A stretch of DNA of 64,000 nt, from assembly GCA_964291625.2 (NCBI GenBank), contig OZ220089.1, positions 4,480,001 to 4,544,000 on the forward strand, given 5' to 3'. This stretch comes from Candidatus Latescibacterota bacterium. Its GTDB lineage: Bacteria; Latescibacterota; UBA2968; UBA8231. Shown piece after piece: positions 1 through 11,025 of the stretch (position 1 is the first letter of the stretch; every line of letters begins with the position of its first letter). A program made the translations under genes and the position numbers. Under the pieces are notes generated by a model that saw only the letters and a list, made by a program, of their open reading frames with translations, was not told the origin of the DNA and made no database searches.

Positions 1-1
1 C

Positions 2-130
2 GGCGAAGCCGGGTACAACGCGCTCTCCTGGGAGGCGCCGGCCGGCCTGGCCAACGGCGCCTATCTCTTCAGCGCCCGGGTGGACGGCGGCGAGACCCGG
101 CGGAGGGGCGTCCTCGTCGTCGCCCGCTAG
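2..130 (+). CDS. 3' end of a secreted protein with FlgD-Ig/T9SS-like C-terminal domain (partial)
   Basis: Frame 2 reads GEAGYNALSWEAPAGLANGAYLFSARVDGGETRRRGVLVVAR*, matching the 'W.G...LA.GVY.YR...K..L.R' tail of other proteins in this window. Confidence 0.6.
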   Translation, partial: GEAGYNALSWEAPAGLANGAYLFSARVDGGETRRRGVLVVAR

Positions 131-145
131 GCGGACTCCCGCCCT

Positions 146-2117
146 TCAGTAGACCGGGATCCGGTTGCCCACGGTCCCGGTGAAGCCGTCGATCACCAGC
201 CACAGACCGCCGACGACGAACTGGCCGAGGACGATGCCCAGGAAGAAGGGGCGCGTCGAACGGTAGAGGCCGGGCCCGCCGTACTTGAGGACCACCACCT
301 TGATCAGCCAGGCGAGGAAGATGGAGAACCAGATGTTGTTGAGGGCCCAGCCCGGGCTCACCGCGAAGCCGAGGGGATGGAGGGGCCACCAGGGGAAGCG
401 GTGGCGCGCCATCATGAGCAGGGCCATGACGCCGCCGCCGCCGCCGGTCCAGAGCCACCCGACCAGGTTCGGGCCGGTGGGGGTGGCCAGCTTCTTGGCG
501 GCGAAGCTGGAGGGGTACTGGGCGAAGCCGCCGAAGTACTGCCGGTGCAGGTTGAGGGCGCCGTCGCGGTAGGCGAGGTGCAGCAGCATCCACGCCGACA
601 GGACCAGGCCGACGGCCATGGCCACGGCGATGGCGATGGCCAGCCAGCGGCGCCTCGCCGTGGCCTCGGAGCCGAGGCGCATGGCGTTGGCCAGGGGCGC
701 GGTCATGAAGACCAGCAGGTCTCCCATCCAGGCCAGGGTGTAGCCGGTGGCCACCATGCCCTGCATGCCGAGGGCGGGGACCCCCACCCCCGAGACCACG
801 AACCCCGCGGGCACCATCTCCGGCGTCACCGTGGGCAGGCCCGCCTCGGCGATGACCCGCGCCAGGCCGATGAGGATCACCAGGGCCGAGAGGATGAAGA
901 GGGGCACGATGTGCGGCGGGATGCCGCTCTTCCACAGCCAGTAGCCCATGAACAGGACGCCGACGATCAGGCCGCCGAGGGCGCCCCGGTAGGAGAGGAT
1001 CTCGCCGCTGTCGTCGACCTCGGGGGCGCGGCCCAGGGCCTTGCGCGCCACCTGCTTCAGGTGGCCGCGGGCGGTCCACAGGCTGAAGAACACGAGCACG
1101 AAGAGGGCGCCCATCATCTGGTGCCCCATGATCGCCCCCACCGGCCCGGAGCCGGTCCACGGCCCGAGCTCCTCGGCGTTGTGGATCCCGACGACGCGGA
1201 AGAGGCCCTCCTGCAGGGTGTTGAGGAGGTAGAAGAACCACAGGCTGAAGGCGATCCCCGAGTTGATGAAGTAGGCGAAGCCGAACATCAGGTAGTTGAT
1301 GCGCAGCCGCAGGATCACCGAGTCCCGGAAGAGGGGCACGGAGGCGGCGGGGTTGATGGGCGAGATGAAGTGGAAGTAGTGGCTCAGGGCGTTGACGCTG
1401 CCCAGGACCAGGGGGATGGCCATCCCGCACCACATGACCGGCGACTTGAAGAAGGGCTTGAGGATCTCGCCGCGGTCGCCGCGGCGGTCCTCGATCATGG
1501 CCAGGGAGAGCTGGGCCAGGGGGAAGACGAGGCGCTCGTGCTCGACCCACGGGCGCCGCAGGATGACCATGGCGCAGACGAGGACGAGCCAGAACCCCGC
1601 GAAGAAGGAGAACCAGCGCAGCAGGGGAGGCGCCCAGACGTCCAGGGGGATCCCGGAGCCGCTGGTGGTGCCCTCGTAGAACTCCTTCACCGCCGTCGGG
1701 TGGTAGACGACCATCCAGTCCGAGAGCAGGGGGTGGATCAGGGTCGCCCAGTCGTTCTCCGGCGTGGCGTAGTAGAAGGTCCCCGTGATCATGGGCAGCA
1801 GCATGCCCGTGACCCCGCGGGTGGGGATGGCGGTGGCCACGGCCATCATGATGAAGACGGTGACCAGCTCGGCCGCGGCTCAGGGCCCAGGTGCGGCGCA
1901 CGGCCCCGAGCGCGACCTGCACCGTGAGGAGCAGGACGAAGAGCAGGAAGAAGGCCGCCGGCGTGCACGAGCTGAGGCCCAGGCGCGTGCCCTGGATCAC
2001 CATGGCGCCGTAGGGGACGCCCACGGCGATGACCGCGCACATGACGGCGCCCACGGCCAGGCCCCGGAGGGTTACGGGGTGGCTCGCGGTCTCGGCGCGG
2101 GACGGGGTCGACGGCAT
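146..2117 (-). CDS. Polytopic membrane protein, DUF6785/DUF6784-like (putative transporter); frameshift at ~1876
   Basis: Hydrophobic N-terminus in ORF 69..2117 continues as ORF 146..1849. Motifs 'RRPWVEHERLVFPL', 'WWPLHPLGF', 'KYGG..LY' are shared with the paralog at 12258..14420. Confidence 0.75.
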
Positions 2118-2138
2118 GGCGCTGGCTCGGGGGCGGCT

Positions 2139-3167
2139 TCAGCCCGGCGGGGTCTCCAGAAGGCTCTCCCCGTAGGTGAAGACCAGGGGTGTGCCGCCGG
2201 TGTGCACGAAGACGATGTCGGCGTCCTCGGCCCAGCGGCCCTCGCGGATCCCGGCCAGCAGGCCGGTGAAGGCCTTGCCCGTGTACGTGGGATCGACCAG
2301 GACCCCCTCGGTGCGGGCCAGCAGGCCGATCGCCTCGCGGGTGGGCCCGTCGAGGATCCCGAAGGCGGGGCCGACCCAGCGGTCGTCCACACGGATGCCG
2401 TCCGCCGTCGGCATCGGATCGCAGGCCAGACCCAGGCGGTCGATCGTCTCGGACGCCCTCGCAACGACCGAACCGGCGGCGGAGCCGGCGTCGGCCAGGT
2501 GGCCCTGGGGCGTGCCGGTGAAGGGGGTCGGGCGGCCCAGCAGCCGGAAGCCCGCCACCAGGCCGGCGAGGCTGTTGCCGCCGGAGCCGACGAAGACCTC
2601 GGCCGGCTCGAGGCCGGCGCCGTCGCACTGGGCGGCCAGCTCCAGGGCGCACTGCACGTAGGCGACCCGGGACAGAACCGCCGAGACCCCCGTGAAGGGG
2701 GACCGGCCCCGCCGCCGGAGGCGCTCCATCTCCTCCTCGATCAGCGCTCCGACCCCCTCCGGCGGCGCCAGGCGGACCCGGGCGCCGAAGAGGTGGTGCA
2801 GGAGGAGGTTGCCGGTCACCGGGTCGGTGAGGCCCATGGGGGTGTCGCTCCGGCGCAACACGACCACCGCCTCCAGGCCCAGGCGGGCGGCGGCGGCGGC
2901 GAACTGCCGGCAGTGGTTGGAGTGCACCACGGCGCTGAGCACCACGGCGTCGGCGCCCTGCTCGATCGCCTCGGCGAGGGTGAACTCGAGGTAGCGCGAC
3001 TTGTTGCCGCCGAAGGCCAGCCCCGTCAGGTCGTCGCGCTTCACCCAGACCCGGGGGCCGCCGACGACCTCCCGGAGGCGGTCCAGCGGCTGCAGGGGGG
3101 TGGGCAGGTGCAGCAGCCGCCGGCGGGGGCAGCGGTCGATGGCGGCCTGGATCTCGTCGGGTCGCAT
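2139..3167 (-). CDS. PLP-dependent D-cysteine desulfhydrase / ACC deaminase family
   Basis: 'LPTPL','VKRDDLTGLAFGGNKSR','SNHCR','DPTYTGKA','HTGG' motifs; ATG at 3167. Confidence 0.9.
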   Translation of the reverse strand: MRPDEIQAAIDRCPRRRLLHLPTPLQPLDRLREVVGGPRVWVKRDDLTGLAFGGNKSRYLEFTLAEAIEQGADAVVLSAVVHSNHCRQFAAAAARLGLEAVVVLRRSDTPMGLTDPVTGNLLLHHLFGARVRLAPPEGVGALIEEEMERLRRRGRSPFTGVSAVLSRVAYVQCALELAAQCDGAGLEPAEVFVGSGGNSLAGLVAGFRLLGRPTPFTGTPQGHLADAGSAAGSVVARASETIDRLGLACDPMPTADGIRVDDRWVGPAFGILDGPTREAIGLLARTEGVLVDPTYTGKAFTGLLAGIREGRWAEDADIVFVHTGGTPLVFTYGESLLETPPG

Positions 3168-3298
3168 GTGGCGGTTTCCTCTGGGTGAATGCCTTTGCAG
3201 GGCGCCTGCCGCGGGCGGCGGCGGCACAATTACGGTCTTTGCCCGCCCCCCGTCACGGAGGGATGAACTCGCCCCGGGGGGCGGCCGGCGGCGGGCGG

Positions 3299-4459
3299 CT
3301 ACTCCCGCCGCCAGGCGGCGGGCAGGGTCTCCCGCCAGTCGGGGAAGGAGCGGCCGTGCAGGTCCCACACCACCTCGCCGGCGCGCAGGGTCATGTGGCA
3401 CTGCAGGCGGTGCCGTCCCGGCATGGTGCTGCGGGTGCTGTCGACGAACCGGAAGTCGCCGGGGACCCGCTCGAGGACGGCGATGTCGGCCTCGGCGCCC
3501 ACTCCCAGGTGGCCCAGCTCCGGGCGGCCGATGACCTGCGCCGGGCGCCAGGTGGAGCGGAGCACGACCTCCTGCAGGGGCATCCCCAGGGCCAGCATCT
3601 TCGACATGACCGCGTCCATGGTGGCGTTGGAGAGCAGGCGGCTGCGGCGGTGCAGGTCGGTGCTGATCGTGTCGGGCGGGAAACCCTGCTCCATGGCCGG
3701 CACCGCCAGGTGCCAGTAGAAGCTCATGTTGCCGTGGCCCACGTCGAAGACGACGCCGCGCTCGCGGGCGGCCCACACGTAGTCGGCGACCGTTCGCGTC
3801 TCCTTGTCGACCAGGGGCGTGCGCGTCGAGTAGAGGTGGGTGTGGATGTCGCCGGCGTCGAAGCGCTCGAGGAGCTCGGCGTAGGTGCGGGTGGGCCGCG
3901 GCGAGAAGTCGACCATGGCGATCGTGCCGCTCCGGCGGGCGGCCTCGATGGCGCCTCCGGCAGACTCCCACCCCGGCCCCCCGAAGTGGGCGGACTTGGT
4001 GCCCACGATGCGGTCCCGGTGGCGTCCCACCGTCTCGGCGCAGGGCCGCGGGTCCATGTCGGTCGTGTCCTGCTCCGGAGGCCCGGTCATGCCGGCGCCG
4101 ACGATGTTGAGGAAGGCGAGGACCCGGGTCGTCGACGGCTCCATGATCGTCTCCCGGAAGCGCTCGAAGTCCTTGAAGCCGCTGCTGCCGGTGTCGACGG
4201 CGGTGGTGACCCCGCAGCTCAGGCAGTACGGGTCGGGGAACAACCAGGCGTCGAAGCCGCCGAAGGCGTGGAGGTGGATGTCGATCAGCCCCGGCGTGAC
4301 GTAGAGGCCGGCCACGTCGACGCGGCGGGCGGCGCCGGCGCCCAGGCCGGGGCCCACGGCGGCGATGCGGCCGTCGCGGAGGGCCACGTCCATGGGGCCG
4401 TCGAGGCCGTTGCGCGGGTCGATGACGTGGCCGCCCGTGAGGACGAGGTCGAAGGCCAT
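3299..4459 (-). CDS. Amidohydrolase/deacetylase family metallohydrolase (dihydroorotase-like)
   Basis: 'GGHVIDP','PGLIDIHLH','GVTTAVDTGSSG','FDVGHG','DTISTDLH'. Confidence 0.88.
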   Translation of the reverse strand: MAFDLVLTGGHVIDPRNGLDGPMDVALRDGRIAAVGPGLGAGAARRVDVAGLYVTPGLIDIHLHAFGGFDAWLFPDPYCLSCGVTTAVDTGSSGFKDFERFRETIMEPSTTRVLAFLNIVGAGMTGPPEQDTTDMDPRPCAETVGRHRDRIVGTKSAHFGGPGWESAGGAIEAARRSGTIAMVDFSPRPTRTYAELLERFDAGDIHTHLYSTRTPLVDKETRTVADYVWAARERGVVFDVGHGNMSFYWHLAVPAMEQGFPPDTISTDLHRRSRLLSNATMDAVMSKMLALGMPLQEVVLRSTWRPAQVIGRPELGHLGVGAEADIAVLERVPGDFRFVDSTRSTMPGRHRLQCHMTLRAGEVVWDLHGRSFPDWRETLPAAWRRE

Positions 4460-5358
4460 CAGGATCCTCCGTCGATGGATGCTGCAAGTTGGCGGATGTT
4501 GGACAGGGTGCGGCGCAGGGCATCGTCCGGCCCCCGGGGAGAAGAGCCGGCGCTCTTGATGGAGAGCCAGCCCTCCCAGCCGCCCTCCCGCAGGAGGCGC
4601 AGGCAGGCGCCGTGGTCGACCTCGCCCTCGCCGAAGACGGCCGCCTCCCAGGGGTTCAGCCGTCCGTGGCCGGCGAACTCGGCGGCCACGAGGTCCCGCT
4701 CCCGGGGGCGCCAGTCCCCGAGGCGCACGGCGGCGGCCCGTCCGCGCAGCCGCCGGGTGGCGGCCACCGGGTCCTCGCCCTCGTAGTAGAGGTAGTTGCC
4801 CGGGTCGAGGCAGGCGCCGGCGTTGGCGGCGTCCACCAGCCGCACCACCCACTCCTGGTGCCAGCTGGTGCAGGCGAAGGAGCCGTGGTTGAGGAGGGCC
4901 ACCTGCACCTCCCGCTCGCCGGCGTACGCGGCCAGTTCCCGCATCTGCCGGACCAGGGGTCCCGCGGCGCCGGCGAAGGGCAGGCCGCCCTCGGTCGGGT
5001 CCCGGCCGGCGGGCAGGGGCTGGGAGTCGATGGCGGCGAAGGTCACCACGCGGGCGCCCACGGCGGCTGCCGCGTCGACCTGCCGCCGGAGCGTCGCCAT
5101 GGCCGCCGCCGCGCGCCCGTCGTGGTATCCGAGCTTCGCCGCCGACCCGATGGCGAAGAGCCGCACCCCGGAGGCGGCGGCCGTCTCGGCGAGGGCGGGG
5201 GCCGCCTCCAGGTCTCCCGGGGACCCGCCCCAGTCGGACTCGTAGAACTCGACCCCCTCCAGGCCGAGGCGGGCGGCCTCGCGCACGATCCGCTCCGGGG
5301 TCCGCTCGCCGTCGATCGATCGCCCCAGGGCGATGCTCATGGCGCCGATGGGGAACAC
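4459..5358 (-). CDS. Sugar phosphate isomerase/epimerase (xylose-isomerase-like TIM barrel)
   Basis: 'GLEGVE', 'LNHG', 'ACLDPGNY', 'GEGEVD', 'GWEGWLSIK'; likely GTG start at 5358. Confidence 0.8.
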   Translation of the reverse strand: MFPIGAMSIALGRSIDGERTPERIVREAARLGLEGVEFYESDWGGSPGDLEAAPALAETAAASGVRLFAIGSAAKLGYHDGRAAAAMATLRRQVDAAAAVGARVVTFAAIDSQPLPAGRDPTEGGLPFAGAAGPLVRQMRELAAYAGEREVQVALLNHGSFACTSWHQEWVVRLVDAANAGACLDPGNYLYYEGEDPVAATRRLRGRAAAVRLGDWRPRERDLVAAEFAGHGRLNPWEAAVFGEGEVDHGACLRLLREGGWEGWLSIKSAGSSPRGPDDALRRTLSNIRQLAASIDGGS

Positions 5359-5360
5359 GA

Positions 5361-6371
5361 TCAGCCTTCCGGGCCCGAGGGTCCGGGGTCGACGGCGACG
5401 ACGCGGCCGCTGCGGCCCGACTCCCCGGCGGCGCAGGTCAGCGCCACCGTGTGGCGGACTTCGGCGCCGGCCGCCTGGGCCAGGGGGCGGCCGTCGCGGA
5501 TGGCGGTGAAGAACTCGCGGTGGATGTCCTCCTCGCCGGGCAGGGCCACCGACTCTTCCGGCTCGAGGGTTTCGCCGTCGACGACCAGGGCTCCGCTGGT
5601 GGAGGCGAGCTGGATCACCCCGCCGGTGCCGGCCACGGTCCACTCGTAGCCCGCCCGGTGATGGAAGGAGAGGGCCACGTTGAGGACCGCCCCCCGCCGG
5701 GTGACGGCCACCATGGAGACCTCGTCCTCGATGTCGACGGCGGGGTGGGGGTCGATGGCCCGCACCACGGCGTAGGCCGTGGCCGCCCGGTCCCCGAGCC
5801 ACCAGAGGAGGATGTCGAAGGAGTGGGACCCGATCCCCGGCAGGATCCCGCCGGACTCGGCCTGGCGGGCGAACCAGCTGGCCTCGTCGCCGCCGCGGCC
5901 GGGGCTCATGCGCCGGTGGAGGACGTGGCGCACCTCGCCGATGCGGCCGCTGTCGAGGAGCGCCTTCACCTGCCGCAGGCGGGGCTCGAAGCGCAGGGTC
6001 TGTCCCGACATGAGCAGTCGCCCGCCGGCCTCGGCGGCGGCCACCATCTCATCCGCGTCGGCCACGGTCAGGGCCAGGGGTTTCTCGACGAAGACGTGCC
6101 GGCCGGAGCGCAGGCCGGCGAGGGCGTAACGGGCGTGCAGGTGGTTCGGCGTGCAGACGAAGACGGCCTCCGCCGGCTCCGCCTCGAGGGCCGAGTCCAG
6201 GTCGTCGTAGAGCCGCTCGATGCCGTGGTCCCGCCGCAGGCGCTCGTGGTGCGCCTCGTGGGGCTCGACGGCGGCGGTCACCGCGGCCAGCTCCGGGATG
6301 CGGGCGATCCCCTGCAGGTGGGCGGTCCCCATTCGGCCGCCGCCGACGAGGAGGGTGGGGACCGGGCTCAT
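5361..6371 (-). CDS. Gfo/Idh/MocA oxidoreductase
   Basis: 'VGGGRMG','CTPNHLH','HVFVEKPLA','GGIL...GSHSFD'. Confidence 0.9.
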   Translation of the reverse strand: MSPVPTLLVGGGRMGTAHLQGIARIPELAAVTAAVEPHEAHHERLRRDHGIERLYDDLDSALEAEPAEAVFVCTPNHLHARYALAGLRSGRHVFVEKPLALTVADADEMVAAAEAGGRLLMSGQTLRFEPRLRQVKALLDSGRIGEVRHVLHRRMSPGRGGDEASWFARQAESGGILPGIGSHSFDILLWWLGDRAATAYAVVRAIDPHPAVDIEDEVSMVAVTRRGAVLNVALSFHHRAGYEWTVAGTGGVIQLASTSGALVVDGETLEPEESVALPGEEDIHREFFTAIRDGRPLAQAAGAEVRHTVALTCAAGESGRSGRVVAVDPGPSGPEG

Positions 6372-7291
6372 GACGGCGACTCCCCTTGGCCTGCCAGGAC
6401 CAGCTCGTAGGCGAACAGCTCCCGGTGGACCTCGAAGCCCAGGCGATGGTAGAGGCCCACCGCCGCCTCGAAGCGGCGCGAGGTGTTCAGCCAGGCCTCG
6501 GAGTAGCCCCGCTCCGCCAGCTGCCGCAGGGCGCGCGCGTTCAGGGCCTTGGCCAGGCCGGCGCCGCGGTGCCGCGGATGCACCCCGACCCAGTGGATGA
6601 GGCCTCCCGGGGCGGCTCCGTAGTCGGCCTCCCAGGCGATGGTCGTGCCGGCGAGCCGCCCTTCCCGCGTGGCCACCAGGATCCTGTCCAGGTCGTACAC
6701 GGGGCTGTCGGCCAGCTCGCGCCCGTAGCGCTGCGGCGGCCAGGGGTCGTCGGGGAAGCAGGCGTTCCTCAGGTCGACCCAGGCCTCCTCCTCCCCGGGC
6801 CGGAGGCACCGCAACTGGTAACCGGGAGGAACGGGGTGGTCGGGCAGCTCGACCTTCAGCCGCCGGCGCATGCGCAGGGACCCGAGGGAGCGGCCCTCGA
6901 AGCCCAGGGATTCGAGGAGGGAGCGCCACGGCCTCTCGCGGCTCGACACCGGTTCGGCCTGGACCTCGGCCTGCCCTCGCTCGCGCAGGGAGGAGACCGC
7001 CGCCGTCAACAGGGCCCTGCCGAGGCCGCGGCGCCGGTCACCCTCCCGGACGATGAGCATCTCGAGGCGCGAAGCGGAGCCCTCCGTGGCGCACACCACG
7101 AGGCCGGCGGGGTCCTCCCGGCGGCCGGCGAAGAGACTGGCCTGCGGATCGAAGCGGCCCTCCTCGAGGACTGTCCGGCAGCTGTCGAGGCGGGACTTGA
7201 GATCCTCCGGGGGGTGCGGCAGGAGCCTCTCGAGCCAGGCGGTGGCGGACCGGCCCGAGGGCCGCGCGCCGAGCCGCCGCAGGGTCTCCAT
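6368..7291 (-). CDS. Tandem GNAT acetyltransferase
   Basis: Two acetyl-CoA motif A sequences ('RRRGLGRALL', 'HRGAGLAKAL'), 'LY.RLGF'. Confidence 0.8.
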   Translation of the reverse strand: METLRRLGARPSGRSATAWLERLLPHPPEDLKSRLDSCRTVLEEGRFDPQASLFAGRREDPAGLVVCATEGSASRLEMLIVREGDRRRGLGRALLTAAVSSLRERGQAEVQAEPVSSRERPWRSLLESLGFEGRSLGSLRMRRRLKVELPDHPVPPGYQLRCLRPGEEEAWVDLRNACFPDDPWPPQRYGRELADSPVYDLDRILVATREGRLAGTTIAWEADYGAAPGGLIHWVGVHPRHRGAGLAKALNARALRQLAERGYSEAWLNTSRRFEAAVGLYHRLGFEVHRELFAYELVLAGQGESPS

Positions 7292-8317
7292 CAGAAGTCG
7301 AGGGTCACCGGCACCGGACGGCCGGCTTCGATCGATTCGGCCATGGCGCAGCAGACGGCCAGGGAGCGCGCCCCCTCGACGGCGTCGATCGCCGGGGTCG
7401 CGCCCGACTCGACGCAGTCGAGGAAGTGGTCCAGCTCCTCGGCGCAGGTGTGGTCCTCGGCCCGGATCGGCACGGGCAGCCGCATGAACTCCTCCACGTG
7501 GGGGATGCCGTCGAGGAAGAGGCGGTCGTTGACCACCGAGCCCCGGGTGCCGTAGTAGGAGAGGTTCATGGCGTAGGGGACCTTGGCGCCGCACGAGACC
7601 AGGCACTTGCCCAGGGCGCCGCTGGCGAAGCGGAGGTTGGCGATCACCGTGTCGTGCCAGGGCGCCTCGGGGATGTTGCGGCGGGCGCCGAAGGCGCTGA
7701 CCTCGACGATCTCGCCGGCGATCCAGCGCATCAGGTCCACGGGGTGGCAGGCGCCGCCGAGGATCGGCAACGGGCCCTCCTTGGCCGCGTCCATCCACCA
7801 GTCGTGGCCCGGCAGGCCGAGGAAGGGGCCCAGATCGTGGACGTAGTCGCCCTCGACGAAGCAGGCCTCGCCGAGCCGGCCGCTGCGCACCAGCTCGTGG
7901 ATGGCGATGAAGATGCGGCTGAAGCGGGCCCCGTGGCCGACCATGACCCGGGTGCCGGCGGCGCCGGCGGCGGCCACGATGCGGCGGGCCTCGCGCCACG
8001 GTGACGGCCAGGGGCTTCTCGACGAAGAGGTGCTTGCCCGCCTCCAGGGCGGCCACCGCCTGGGCTTCGTGCAGCGAGTTCGGGGTGCACAGGTAGACGA
8101 CGTCCACCCGGTGGTCGCTCAGGACATCCTCGTAGACGGTGGTGGTGCGACCCGCCCCGTGGGTGGCGGCGAGCTCCTCGGCGAGGCCGCGGCTGCGCTC
8201 GGTGGAGCAGATCGCCTCCAGGCGGGCCCGGGGGCTGGCGGCGACGGCCCCCATGTGCTCGCCGCCGATGTAGCCGGTGCCGACGACGGCGATGCCGTGG
8301 CAGGTGACTGGGCTCAT
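7291..8317 (-). CDS. Gfo/Idh/MocA oxidoreductase; frameshift at ~7995
   Basis: N-part 'VVGTGYIG..TPNSLH..EKPLAVT' in ORF 6368..8353; C-part in ORF 7291..7977 ('GGACHPVDL'). Confidence 0.8.
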
Positions 8318-8442
8318 GGCGCAGAAGCTCTGCAGAGCCGCACCGGGGAGCAAGCGGTGACGAAGTGCCTCGCCGGGCCTAAGATTCTCGGAACCTCACA
8401 CACCCGGCCGCGAGAGCGGCATGACGGCGAGGGAGGCCACAG

Positions 8443-9798
8443 ATGGCACAGGGTGACGTTCTGCGTTCGGAGAAACGGGAGTACCGGGAGCCGGCGACGG
8501 GCGTGAGGGTGGTGCAGCTCACCGACGCGCCGTGCCACAACGTGCACCCGTACTACAACCAGGAGGGGTTCGTCGGCGGGTCCGAGCGCTACGTGTTCGC
8601 TTCCAACCGGTCGGGCATCGGCCAGATCTACGCGATGGAGATCGCCTCCGGCGCGATGGTACAGCTCACCGACTCCGACGAGCCGCCGGTACTGGCCGGC
8701 ATCGACAAGCGACCCGGCGGGGGAGCAGGGTCGGGCGGCCTCACCTGCGACCCGGAGCGCGGACGCATCTACTACAGTCGGGGCAAGCGGGTCTGCTGCC
8801 TGGACATCGAGAGCCTGCGCGAGGAGGTCGTGGCCGAGTCGCCGCCGGGATGCGGCTCGTTGGGCGGCCCCGACCTGTCGAGCTGCGGGCGCTACATGGT
8901 GCTGAGCTGCCGGCCGGAGGGCGTGTCGGACTGGCCGTGGCGGGACGAGAACCGCTACCGGCACGGCAGCGAGACGCTGGTGGTGCTGTGCGACCTGCAG
9001 GAAGGGCGGCAGGCGGTCGTCTACCACGGCCCGAGCGCGGAGAACCGTGCGGCGGCGGACAGTCACCTGTTCATCTGCCGGGGCGACCCGTCCTACCTGT
9101 TCTTCGGCAGCTATACCCGCACCCAGCCCACCGGGCTGAAGACGATGTGGTTCATGCGGGTCGACCTGGAGCGGATGGTGCCGCTTGCGGACCCGATGCC
9201 GATCTTCGCTCAGCAGCCGTTCGAGATGGTCAACCACTACTATCCGGCGCCGGACAACCACGTCGAGTCGCTGCTGTTCACCCTTCCCCAGCACGACCGC
9301 GACGGCGTCCCGGTGAGCCCGGTGCGGCGCGCGGAGATGATCGACGTCGACCTGGTCAACCGCGTGGACCGCCGCTGGGTCTTTCCCGGCCGCGAGCCCA
9401 TCCACTTCAAGTGCAACTCGAAGGCCGACCTCTGGGTGGGGGACGCCGCCGACCCCGGCCCGTTCTGGTTCGAGGGACGCGGCGACCTGGAGCGGTACGT
9501 GCGGGAAGGGGAAGGCGAGGCCGCCGAGGGCCCCGTGTCGTCGGCGCGCCGCGATCCCCAGGCGATCGGACCTGAAGGCTACCGCTGGCCGGAGGCGCAC
9601 CGCTGGATCGGCGTGTTCCGCAAGCGGGGACCGTTCCTGGAGGTGCGGCCGCTGGTGCGCCACGACACGGTGTGGCGCTGCATCCATCCGCACCCGGCGT
9701 TCTCTCCCGACGACCGCTGGACGGTCTATGGAGCGGGCGGCGCCCGGCAGTCGCAGCTCTTCCTGGCCGAGGCGGTCTGGCCGCGGTGGATGACCTGA
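8443..9798 (+). CDS. Oligogalacturonate lyase-like beta-propeller protein
   Basis: 'E..EYREPATGVRVVQLTD..HPYY', C-terminal 'HPHPAFSPD'. Confidence 0.75.
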   Translation: MAQGDVLRSEKREYREPATGVRVVQLTDAPCHNVHPYYNQEGFVGGSERYVFASNRSGIGQIYAMEIASGAMVQLTDSDEPPVLAGIDKRPGGGAGSGGLTCDPERGRIYYSRGKRVCCLDIESLREEVVAESPPGCGSLGGPDLSSCGRYMVLSCRPEGVSDWPWRDENRYRHGSETLVVLCDLQEGRQAVVYHGPSAENRAAADSHLFICRGDPSYLFFGSYTRTQPTGLKTMWFMRVDLERMVPLADPMPIFAQQPFEMVNHYYPAPDNHVESLLFTLPQHDRDGVPVSPVRRAEMIDVDLVNRVDRRWVFPGREPIHFKCNSKADLWVGDAADPGPFWFEGRGDLERYVREGEGEAAEGPVSSARRDPQAIGPEGYRWPEAHRWIGVFRKRGPFLEVRPLVRHDTVWRCIHPHPAFSPDDRWTVYGAGGARQSQLFLAEAVWPRWMT

Positions 9799-9834
9799 GT
9801 CCGGCGGGCGCCGCCGCGGGCGACGTACGGCTGC

Positions 9835-9964
9835 CCAGGCTCTCCCTCCTCCCGCGCCGGCCCCTCCGCGCCCTCGTCCGGCGCGAACCAGTAGCCCTCC
9901 CGCTCGACCCGCTCCCGTGGCCGCCGATGTAGCCGGTGCCGACGATGGCGATGCCGTGGCTCAT
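9835..9964 (-). pseudogene. Chimeric remnant: first 16 codons of a Gfo/Idh/MocA gene fused to the 3' end of an enolase-family gene
   Basis: MSHGIAIVGTGYIGGH matches the start of 7291..8317; RERVEREGYWFAP matches the end of 11026..12261. Confidence 0.7.
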
Positions 9965-9985
9965 CCCAGGGAACGCCGGAACGGG

Positions 9986-10996
9986 TCAGCCGCAGGAATC
10001 GCGCACGATCAGCCGGTGGGTCAGGGTCACCTGTCGAGGAGGGGCGTCGCCCCGAAGCTGTTCCAGCATCAGGTCCATCGCCGCCTCGGCGATCTGGTCG
10101 TAGGGGATGGCCAGCGTGGTCAGGGCCGGAGTGGAATAGGCGGACACGTCCAGATCGCCGCAACCGACGACGGCCACATCCTCGGGGACGCGAAGCCCCG
10201 ACTCCTGGAGGCCGCGGCAGAGGCCGATGGCCACGTGGTCGCTTCGGCAGACAAAGGCCGTGAACCGGTCCGCCACCGACTTGCCCAGCTCATAGGCAGC
10301 TTGCATGGGGGGAGGCGATGGCAGGTGCTCCGGTGCCAGGCCGCGCTTCTCCATGGCACGAAGGTACCCGCGGGCCTTGGCAGCCCCGGGGCCATCGTGG
10401 GTCCAATGGGTTCCGATGAACCCGATCCGCTCGTGCCCCCGGCGTATCAGATGCGAGGTGGCCTCGAAGATGCCCTCCCCCTCGTCCAGGGCGACGCCGC
10501 ACAAGTCCGGGCTCGAGGGGTGGAAGAAGGTCACCACCGGCACCCTCCCCTTCACCGTCTGGAGAATGAGCTCGGACTCTCCCTCGGTCCCTCGCGCATG
10601 GATGAGCAGTCCGTCCACACCTCGGGACATCATCTGGTGGATCTGGCGGTCCTGGTCCTCCGGCGCGTCCGAGGGGCTGGCGGCCAGGGTCACCAGGATC
10701 TGGTAGTCCTGCCGGTCCGCGGCCCGGAGAATCATGTCGGCCTGACGGCCGAAGGGCTCGCAGTTGATCCCGCAGGTCAGCAGGCCGAGGGTGTTCGTCC
10801 TTCCCGTGACGAACCCCCTGGCCATCAGGTTGGGCGTGTAGCCGAGGTCGGCAGCCAGCTTCCTGATCCGGTCCCGAGTCTTCCGGGTAACCAGGGCCGC
10901 GGTCTTGGGGTCCGGCGACAGGGCCCGCGAGACCGTCATGTGAGAGACGCCCAGTTCCCGGGCGATGTCCTTGATGGTGACCTGTTTCGTTCTCAT
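9986..10996 (-). CDS. LacI-family transcriptional regulator
   Basis: 'VTIKDIARELGVSHMTVSRAL','YTPN..ARG','VPEDVAVVG.D','PALTT'. Confidence 0.93.
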   Translation of the reverse strand: MRTKQVTIKDIARELGVSHMTVSRALSPDPKTAALVTRKTRDRIRKLAADLGYTPNLMARGFVTGRTNTLGLLTCGINCEPFGRQADMILRAADRQDYQILVTLAASPSDAPEDQDRQIHQMMSRGVDGLLIHARGTEGESELILQTVKGRVPVVTFFHPSSPDLCGVALDEGEGIFEATSHLIRRGHERIGFIGTHWTHDGPGAAKARGYLRAMEKRGLAPEHLPSPPPMQAAYELGKSVADRFTAFVCRSDHVAIGLCRGLQESGLRVPEDVAVVGCGDLDVSAYSTPALTTLAIPYDQIAEAAMDLMLEQLRGDAPPRQVTLTHRLIVRDSCG

Positions 10997-11025
10997 GCCT
11001 TCCGTTCCGAAGTAGGGGAGCCAAA